A stretch of 64,000 bases of DNA from Acidimicrobiia bacterium (GTDB lineage: Bacteria; Actinomycetota; Acidimicrobiia; Spongiisociales; ZC4RG35), in contig CBDBCY010000004.1 in NCBI GenBank assembly GCA_965203555.1, positions 576,001 through 640,000 on the forward strand. Reading direction: 5' to 3'. The notes under the pieces were generated by a model. The model worked only from the letters and a program-made list of their open reading frames with translations, did no database searches and was not told the origin of the DNA. Made by a program: the position numbers and the translations under genes. Below, piece by piece: positions 57,447 through 64,000 of the stretch. The stretch's first letter is position 1. Each line of letters begins with the position of its first letter.

Positions 57447-57694
57447 CGAAGGGCCTTCCCAGCGTTGAGTTCCGTGCGCAAGTCAAATGCCATCAACCGG
57501 GATTTTACCGTTCGTGCCTGCTTACGGCGCTGACCATAAGGGCAGTTGGAAGAGGCTCGGATGAAGTATGGGCTTTCCGGTGTGGGGGTGGTTCATCCGC
57601 GGCAGGTGCAGGCGCCGCGGGTCGAAGTAACCTGGGTCGCGGTCAGCAACCGGGTGGTCTATCTCTTGGAGCCGTCTGATCGGCCGGCACCGAC

Positions 57695-58261
57695 GTGAAC
57701 CGCATCCACGATTGGTACTGCAAGTCGGAGCGGTGGAAGCGATTGATGGTCGATCGAGTGCTGCCCGATGTCCTCGACGGGGTCGACCTGGAAGGCCGGG
57801 TGTTGGAGATCGGACCGGGCCCGGGGCTTGTCACCGCGGCGCTGCTCGAGTACGGAGTCGCGGACCTGACGACGGTGGAGATCGACCCGAGGGCCGCCGA
57901 GCGGCTCCGCGGCCGGTTCGGATCCAGCGTCTCCGTCCACACCGGATCGGCCTCCGACCTGCCGCTCGCCGACGAGTCGGTCGACGTCGTGGTGTGCTGC
58001 ACGATGCTCCATCACGTTCCGACGGTGGCAGAGCAGGATCGCATCCTGGGTGAGTGCCGGCGCGTTCTGGCGCCCGGCGGGGTAATGGTCGGATCCGACT
58101 CGAAGACCAGCCTCCGCTTCCGGATGTTCCATCTGTGGGACACCCACAACCCGGTCGACCCGGCAGGTCTCCACGCCCGCCTCGCCGGTGCGGGGTTCGA
58201 GCAGGTGCTGGTCACCGAGTTCGACAAGCGGTTCCTGTTCAGGGCATCGGTGGCTGCATGA
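57695..58261 (+). CDS. class I SAM-dependent methyltransferase
   Basis: VLEIGPGPG, LPLADESVDVV, MLHHVP, RVLAPGG. Confidence 0.92.
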   Translation: MNRIHDWYCKSERWKRLMVDRVLPDVLDGVDLEGRVLEIGPGPGLVTAALLEYGVADLTTVEIDPRAAERLRGRFGSSVSVHTGSASDLPLADESVDVVVCCTMLHHVPTVAEQDRILGECRRVLAPGGVMVGSDSKTSLRFRMFHLWDTHNPVDPAGLHARLAGAGFEQVLVTEFDKRFLFRASVAA

Positions 58262-58854
58262 GCGATCGGTCCCGGGCGACGGTGCGCCGGCTGCCGGGGT
58301 TGCTCCTCGGTCTGACGTTGTTCGGAATCGGCATGGGCCTCTTGGTGGAGGCCAACCTCGGCCTGTCGCCCTGGGAGGCCCTCCACCAGGGGATCTCCAT
58401 CCACACCCCGCTCACCATCGGGATCGCCGGGATCCTCACCGGGTTCATCGTGCTGCTCGCATGGATCCCTCTCCGGCAGCGGCCCGGACTCGGCACAGTC
58501 CTCAACATAGTCGTCGTCGGATTGGTGATCGACGGGACGCTGCTCCTGATTGACGGTCCGGCGGCATTCGTGGCGCGCCTGGCCCTCATGCTGGGCGGGA
58601 TCGTGATCGTGGCGCTCGGATCAGGCATCTACATCGGAATGCGGCTCGGACCGGGCCCGCGGGACGGGCTGATGACGGGACTGGCCGGGCGCGGCCTCTC
58701 GATTCGGCTGGCACGGTTTCTCATAGAGGGCTCGGTGTTGGTGGTCGGCTGGCTGCTCGGCGGAACGATCGGGTTGGGCACGGTGGCCTTCGCCGTGCTG
58801 ATCGGTCCGCTGGTCCAGTTCTTCCTCGAACGTATCGACGTAGCCAGACCGTGA
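58258..58854 (+). CDS. YczE/YitT-family membrane protein
   Basis: LGLSPWEALHQG, RPGLGT, GPGPRDGLMTG, GGTIGLGT. Confidence 0.9.
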   Translation: MSDRSRATVRRLPGLLLGLTLFGIGMGLLVEANLGLSPWEALHQGISIHTPLTIGIAGILTGFIVLLAWIPLRQRPGLGTVLNIVVVGLVIDGTLLLIDGPAAFVARLALMLGGIVIVALGSGIYIGMRLGPGPRDGLMTGLAGRGLSIRLARFLIEGSVLVVGWLLGGTIGLGTVAFAVLIGPLVQFFLERIDVARP

Positions 58855-58937
58855 CCGATCCGGCAGTCGGGGGTTGAAGTAGATCCCGTGCTGACGCCCG
58901 CCCCATCGGCACTGCGCGCCCATGCCGGGTTGACCAC

Positions 58938-60263
58938 TCACCGCCTTCCGTCTCTTATCCACCGCCCCAATCCGTGCCGTCCTCCCCAGAGGAACACGCA
59001 GAACCGGGCAACGATCATGGCAATGATCGCCCACCACACCCCCGACAGACCCCCTCCCGCCGCGTCCGAGACCCACAGCACCGCCGCCGCCGCCGCCAGT
59101 CCCACCCCGGTGGAAGCGGCCAGCAGCCTAACCGCCAGCACCGCCATGAATATTCCGTCCGCCACGAACACCAGGGCAGCCAACGGCTGCATGAGGGCGG
59201 CCAGGGGCGCCACTCCCCTCACCGCCTCCGCCACCGCCCGATCGTCGGTGAACACCCCGCCCAGCCAGGGGGCGGACGCCGCCAGCAATGCGGCGATCAC
59301 CAGGCCCATCAACACTCCCCATCCCAGAAGACGCCTGGTGACCTGGTGGGCGCCGTCCACGTCCTCGCGTCCGGTCTGCTCCCCCACCAGGGCCTGGCCT
59401 GCGATGGCCAGCGAATCGAGGGTGAACGAACAGAGCGCCCATACCCCGACCATGATCTGGTGGGCGGCCACCTGCACCGTCCCCACCCGGGCCGCGGCCG
59501 CCACGCTCAGGGTGAGGGTTAGCACCAGGAACAGGGTGCGGAGCGCCAGGACCGCTCCCATCCCCCAGAAGCGGAGCAGATCGCCCCACCTCGTCCCCCG
59601 GGCCGACCATCCCTCCACGGACGCACGCCGGGAGAGGAGAAGGAAGAAGCAGCCGGCGCCCAGCCACTGGGCGGTGACCGTCGCCCACCCCGCCCCGGCG
59701 AGGCCCCATCCCAGGCCGAAGATCAACACCGGATCCAGCGCCGCGTTGAAGGCGTTCACCCCCACCGACACCCACATCGGGGTGCGGGTGTCCTGGTATC
59801 CCCGGTAAATCCCGTGGGAGGCCAGGTTCAGGAGAGCTGCGGGGAAGGCCATGGCTCGGATACGGAGATACTCGACCGCCGGACCGGTCACTTCCGCAGA
59901 CGCCTGCATCAGGCCCACCAGCGCCCCCGACGCTGTCCAGAACACCGCCACTCCCACCACCCCCAGGCCGATGGCGGTCACGATCGCCTGGTTGACCACC
60001 CGGGTCGCTCCAGCCCTGTCCCCCCGGCCGAGGCTCTGGGAGACCATGGGAGTGGTCACGAAGGCCAAGAAGTTGCAGACCGCAAACGCCATGGTGAAGA
60101 GGGCCGTGTCCACCCCGAGCGCCGCCAACTCCACCCTTCCCAGGCGCCCCACGAAGGCGGTGTCCACCAGAGAAAGCAACGGATCGGCCACCAATGCGGC
60201 CAAAGCGGGCACCGCCAGGGCCAGGATGCGGCGGTCCCAACCTCTCCCGGAACTTCGGGTCAC
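58938..60263 (-). CDS. MATE-family efflux transporter (DinF-like)
   Basis: LAVPALAAL...LVDTAFVGRLG, RGYQDTRTP, AAHQI, ADGIF. Confidence 0.93.
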   Translation of the reverse strand: MTRSSGRGWDRRILALAVPALAALVADPLLSLVDTAFVGRLGRVELAALGVDTALFTMAFAVCNFLAFVTTPMVSQSLGRGDRAGATRVVNQAIVTAIGLGVVGVAVFWTASGALVGLMQASAEVTGPAVEYLRIRAMAFPAALLNLASHGIYRGYQDTRTPMWVSVGVNAFNAALDPVLIFGLGWGLAGAGWATVTAQWLGAGCFFLLLSRRASVEGWSARGTRWGDLLRFWGMGAVLALRTLFLVLTLTLSVAAAARVGTVQVAAHQIMVGVWALCSFTLDSLAIAGQALVGEQTGREDVDGAHQVTRRLLGWGVLMGLVIAALLAASAPWLGGVFTDDRAVAEAVRGVAPLAALMQPLAALVFVADGIFMAVLAVRLLAASTGVGLAAAAAVLWVSDAAGGGLSGVWWAIIAMIVARFCVFLWGGRHGLGRWIRDGRR

Positions 60264-60305
60264 GGACGGAGCATTCCTTTCACCTGCAAGGGCACCGGGA
60301 CCCGC

Positions 60306-60983
60306 TCAGGAGCGGTCCGGCCAGTCGCACAGGCCGTCAAACATCATCTCGCATTCGGTGCAGCGAGGCGCCCGTGCGTCGCAGATGTCCCGTCCGAATT
60401 GGATGAACCTCATGGAGATTCCGCCCCATGCCTTGGTCGGGTAGAGGGCCTTGAGATCTTTCTCGATCTTTTGGGGATCGGTCTGGACGGTTAGGCCGAT
60501 CCTTCCCGTGACCCGCCGGACATGGGTATCGACCGCGATGGCGGGAACGCCGAAAGCCTCGGCCAACACCACGCTGGCCGTCTTTCTCCCCACCCCTCGA
60601 AGGGTGATCAGTTCCTCGAGTTCGGCAGGCACCACCCCTCCGAACCTTTCCGTGACATCACGGGACAGTTCTACGATTGCCCGAGCCTTCTGGCGGTAGA
60701 AACCGGTGGAGAAAACCACCTGTTCCACTTCCTCCGGATTCGCCTCGCCCAGATCGGCGGCGGTGGGCCATCGGCGGAAGAGCCCCGGTGTGACCCGGTT
60801 GACATTCTCGTCGGTGGTCTGAGCGGACAGGACGGTCGACACCAGCAACTCCCAGGGGTTGCGGTAGTCCAATGCTGTCCGGGCGGCCGGATAGCGGCGA
60901 ACCAGCCGATTGAGCACCGCCCGCGCCTTTCCCCGCTGTGCGGGGGTGGGCGCGCTACCGTCCGATAGGAACTTGGATGCCAC
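60306..60983 (-). CDS. nth: endonuclease III
   Basis: LSAQTTD, GFYRQKA, LRGVGRKTA, AVDTHV, C-terminal Cys cluster. Confidence 0.96.
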   Translation of the reverse strand: MASKFLSDGSAPTPAQRGKARAVLNRLVRRYPAARTALDYRNPWELLVSTVLSAQTTDENVNRVTPGLFRRWPTAADLGEANPEEVEQVVFSTGFYRQKARAIVELSRDVTERFGGVVPAELEELITLRGVGRKTASVVLAEAFGVPAIAVDTHVRRVTGRIGLTVQTDPQKIEKDLKALYPTKAWGGISMRFIQFGRDICDARAPRCTECEMMFDGLCDWPDRS

Positions 60984-61076
60984 TCGAACAGTGATGCTAG
61001 TTGCGCCCACCCCGGCAGGTCGGCGCCGAAGCATTGGACCAGTAGCCGCCCATCACATCACCCACCCTCCACAGCC

Positions 61077-61556
61077 ATGGAAAACTCTCAGAATCTCGCA
61101 ACCACCAGCCTGATCACGCAAGTCCGGGACTATTACGGTGAGGGGTGCTTCGCCTGCGGCCAGGCCAATCCGCATGGACTCCGCATGGACGGGTTCCGGA
61201 TCGACGACGGCTGTGCGGTCGCCGAATTCCACCCCCGAGCAGAACACCGGGGAACTGAGGGAACGCTGCACGGCGGGGTCATAACCACCACCCTGGACGA
61301 GATCTCGGTGTGGGCTGCGATCCTCACCTTCCACACCATGGTGGTGACCGGTCGGATCGAGGTCAGATTCCACCGTCCCTCCATGGTGGACGACCCCGGT
61401 CTGTGGGCCCGGGGCCGGGTGAAAGAACGACGCGGCAAACGCCTGATCATCTCGGCCGAGTTGCTGTCGGGCGCCCGTGTCTGCGCGTCATCGAACGGCC
61501 TGTTCGTAGCCACTCAAACCCTGGAGGAGATGGGAATCCTGATCCCGGGCAAATAG
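61077..61556 (+). CDS. PaaI-family thioesterase
   Basis: CFACGQANPHGL, LHGGVITTTLDE. Confidence 0.9.
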   Translation: MENSQNLATTSLITQVRDYYGEGCFACGQANPHGLRMDGFRIDDGCAVAEFHPRAEHRGTEGTLHGGVITTTLDEISVWAAILTFHTMVVTGRIEVRFHRPSMVDDPGLWARGRVKERRGKRLIISAELLSGARVCASSNGLFVATQTLEEMGILIPGK

Positions 61557-61905
61557 GGAGGACGACGCCGATAATCGAGGGAGTTGTTCGGCTGCGGAGC
61601 GTTTCGATCACCGCAGAGGTCTTCGTTTCTCGACCTACGCGGTTCCGAAAGCCTGGCGATAGAGGCCCTCCGAGAACTGCGATTGCTTTGCACGCAATCA
61701 ACACGCCCATGCATGCGGGGTCGCGATGTTTTCTTTGTAAGAATCGTGATGAAATGCTTGTCTTTGTCTCAGGTGGGTTGCATATTGATGTAGACAAACA
61801 TGTATGTGCGGTCCGGATCGCCTTCATCAGATGGTTCCAGTCCTTGGTGGATAAGCATTGGTACACAGCGCCCCGCCGATTACAGGAACCAACTAGCCAA
61901 CGACT

Positions 61906-61942
61906 GAACTGTTTCGGTTCCGGACAGGCCTGCGCCTGTCCG
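61906..61942. other. two adjacent hairpins downstream of the HNH gene
   Basis: GAACTG-TTT-CGGTTC and perfect CGGACAGGC-CTGC-GCCTGTCCG. Confidence 0.5.
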
Positions 61943-62077
61943 CGGTCTTTGCCGGTCAGGAGGCGGCGGGTCGGGAGGGAAACCCATTAGGGGGGCCGAC
62001 GCATGCTAAGGTGGCAAAACCAGGTGGGGGTTCGTTGGTTCCGGGTTGTGGGAGTCGTTGGTTGAGGGCCGGTCGGG

Positions 62078-63301
62078 CTATTTTCGTTGTTTGACAGAGT
62101 AACTGCGGGTGCGTCCCCGGCGGTGGCGATTGGGGCGGCGAGGCTTTCCGTTGAAGCTGTTGGGCGGGCGGCGGAGCGAGTACCTTCCCGCCGGTGACTT
62201 GTGCACCGTCCAGTCCTGGTCATGTACCTTATGGTGACATCGGCTGCACAACAGACACATGTTGTCCAGGTCGGTGGGGCCCCCGTCCGCCCAGTGTTTT
62301 ATGTGATGCGATTGGCACCACGAGGCTTTGGCGCCGCATCCCACACAGTGTTTGTCCCGGGCGACAAGAGCAGCTCGCTGGGCCGGGCTGGCCTTGCGTC
62401 GGGCCCGACCCAGGTCCAACGGCACCGAAGACCCCGCGAAGACAGCGGGCAGGATCTGGGCGTCACAGGCCAGGCGCCGAAGAGTCTTTGCAGGCAGGGG
62501 GGTTCCGTCCGTTAGACGGGCGTCTTTGAGTTGTTGATTAATCGTGTCGTAGTCGGCAATCAGCAACAGCTTCACATCCTGGGAGGGACCGTCTTCCTCT
62601 CCCCGCGGGCGGGTTACAAGCTTTGCCAGGGCATCAGCCATCCGCTGACCCGCGGTGGCCCGGTTCCGGGGGTCTTCTTTGTGCCACAGTTGGTTCATCA
62701 TCTGCGACACGGCCGTCTCCACCCGGGCGCCCGTCACCGGGTCGAAACGCCCGTACAACACGGTCATCCCATCCTCGATGTCGGTTTTGATCCTGGCGAA
62801 CCGCCGCGACCGCTGATGCTCCAACTTCGACACACCATCATCTTGGGACCGCTGCTGTTCGTGCTCGCGGACCGTACGAGCGAACTTGTCGGGGGACTGA
62901 GTCCGGGCATCGTCGAACAGGTCGTCCTCGTCGATTTCTCCCCGCTGGTTAGCGCCGGCCATGATCCGAGCGTTGTCATGGGAGATCTCCCCGGTGCGCA
63001 ACCCTTCTCGTGTCTTTGGCAAGCGTTCCAATTCCTTGGCAGTCTCGATCTCTGACCGCGCCCGACGGCGGCCCAACAGACCGTCCTTTTGCAAAACCGT
63101 TTCCACTATCTCGGTTCCCTTACGTCGGCGCAACTCGGACAGAACCTCGGCGCGGATCGCCGCGGCCTGGTTCTGAACGCGGACAGTGGATCTCAACCGT
63201 CGGCGCAATTGCTCAGAAGTGGCCTCACCAACCGGCAGGGTGGGCGCCAACAGGCGCACCCGATTGACCACTGCTGTTCCGTTCACGTCTTCTTTGTTCA
63301 T
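62078..63301 (-). CDS. DUF222-HNH endonuclease (13E12-repeat family)
   Basis: GRFDPVTG, QRMADAL, RRLACDA, LDLGRARR, RDKHCVGC, HHIKHWADGGPTDLDNMCLLCSRCHHKVH. Confidence 0.92.
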   Translation of the reverse strand: MNKEDVNGTAVVNRVRLLAPTLPVGEATSEQLRRRLRSTVRVQNQAAAIRAEVLSELRRRKGTEIVETVLQKDGLLGRRRARSEIETAKELERLPKTREGLRTGEISHDNARIMAGANQRGEIDEDDLFDDARTQSPDKFARTVREHEQQRSQDDGVSKLEHQRSRRFARIKTDIEDGMTVLYGRFDPVTGARVETAVSQMMNQLWHKEDPRNRATAGQRMADALAKLVTRPRGEEDGPSQDVKLLLIADYDTINQQLKDARLTDGTPLPAKTLRRLACDAQILPAVFAGSSVPLDLGRARRKASPAQRAALVARDKHCVGCGAKASWCQSHHIKHWADGGPTDLDNMCLLCSRCHHKVHDQDWTVHKSPAGRYSLRRPPNSFNGKPRRPNRHRRGRTRSYSVKQRK

Positions 63302-63473
63302 GCATACCAGTATGCACCAGGGATGTGACAAACATTGCTATATATTACTAACCTGCTAAAACAAACACTAACAAGCTAAAAATGGACCAGAAACAACTTT
63401 CGATCCCAATATCCCCACACTCACGTAAAGAACCCCACACCCTTTATGTTCTCGGCAGCAGCCTGCTGGACAG

Positions 63474-63755
63474 CTACCGGGGAGAAGAGCCGCCCTCTTC
63501 GCGCTCTGCCCAACGCAGTCCTCGACGAGCGAGGCGGATACCCACCGCCACCCCGCCTATTCCCAGTCCCACCAACCCGGTCAACCGGACCACGGGCAGA
63601 TAGGGCGCGGCGCACAGCCACACCCCGTCGGGACAGATTCCAAATCCGCTCCCGCCTCGGGCAAGGTCCAAAGCGGCCAACAGGGGAATCACCGCCAAAG
63701 CGATCCCGATCACCACCAAGGCGCCGATCAGCGTCCGAAAAAAACCTGGGGTCAT
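63474..63755 (-). CDS. small hypothetical membrane protein
   Basis: Two hydrophobic helices flanking a [10 protein letters not shown] loop. Confidence 0.55.
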   Translation of the reverse strand: MTPGFFRTLIGALVVIGIALAVIPLLAALDLARGGSGFGICPDGVWLCAAPYLPVVRLTGLVGLGIGGVAVGIRLARRGLRWAEREEGGSSPR

Positions 63756-63804
63756 ATCGGATACGGTACCTCATCGGCTGACTTCCATATCATTATTAGC
63801 TCCC

Positions 63805-64000
63805 ATGGCCTATTACCACGAGTCTTTCACCGATCAGGAACGGGCGGTGCTGGGTGGCTTCTTCACCAATCTGGACGGGCCGGTGTTCGCTCTGATCAAC
63901 CTTCCCGAGGTGGTGAAAGGCGCGCTCTTCGCCCGCTACAGCCGTACCCACAAATCCCTCCGCCGGTTGTTCCTTGACGAGTTCGTCGCCGATCCGTCGG
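63805..64000 (+). CDS. thyX: FAD-dependent thymidylate synthase, long form (5' part only)
   Basis: MAYYHESFT...[41 protein letters not shown]; runs off the window end. Confidence 0.75.
   Translation, partial: MAYYHESFTDQERAVLGGFFTNLDGPVFALINLPEVVKGALFARYSRTHKSLRRLFLDEFVADPS

Noticed and set aside
57620-58885. Methyltransferase-YczE pair as a mobile cassette with direct repeats
   Set aside because: The flanking similarity (GGT(C/T)GAAGTA) is too short to support target-site duplication.
61447-61866. 139-aa minus-strand ORF as a real gene
   Set aside because: No recognisable motif, atypical composition, and it overlaps the thioesterase gene end.

Overview
GC-rich chromosomal window from an actinobacterium, probably Acidimicrobiia (inferred from gene content and synteny, not from a search). 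Left to right: (1) the end of an IS982-type element; (2) an accessory block with a Fur-family regulator, a His-rich CDF exporter, three PLP enzymes, an FAD oxidoreductase, a Dpp/Opp ABC importer and pcaIJ; (3) a PspC-type envelope-stress two-component locus; (4) a decaying island of about 7 kb between a tRNA-Ser-like remnant and tRNA-Ala(CGC), holding pseudogenes, a Fic gene and IS110/IS3/ISL3/IS982 scraps; (5) the moaC-moeA-plsY-FmdB-SAF-uppP locus; (6) a nine-gene Tad/Flp pilus operon next to a tandem Sm-like protein, a small HTH gene, tRNA-Glu/tRNA-Gln and a membrane-anchored DUF1524 nuclease; (7) a trp cluster interrupted by ygfZ, vapBC and a cassette encoding ThDP-dependent E1 alpha/beta, a free lipoyl domain, an SDR and a Hyi-like isomerase but no E2 core or E3; (8) ccdA, a methyltransferase, MATE, nth, a thioesterase, a DUF222-HNH gene and the start of thyX. 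No CRISPR array or rRNA was seen. All calls come from motif recognition by eye; no database searches were run, and start codons were adjusted by hand.
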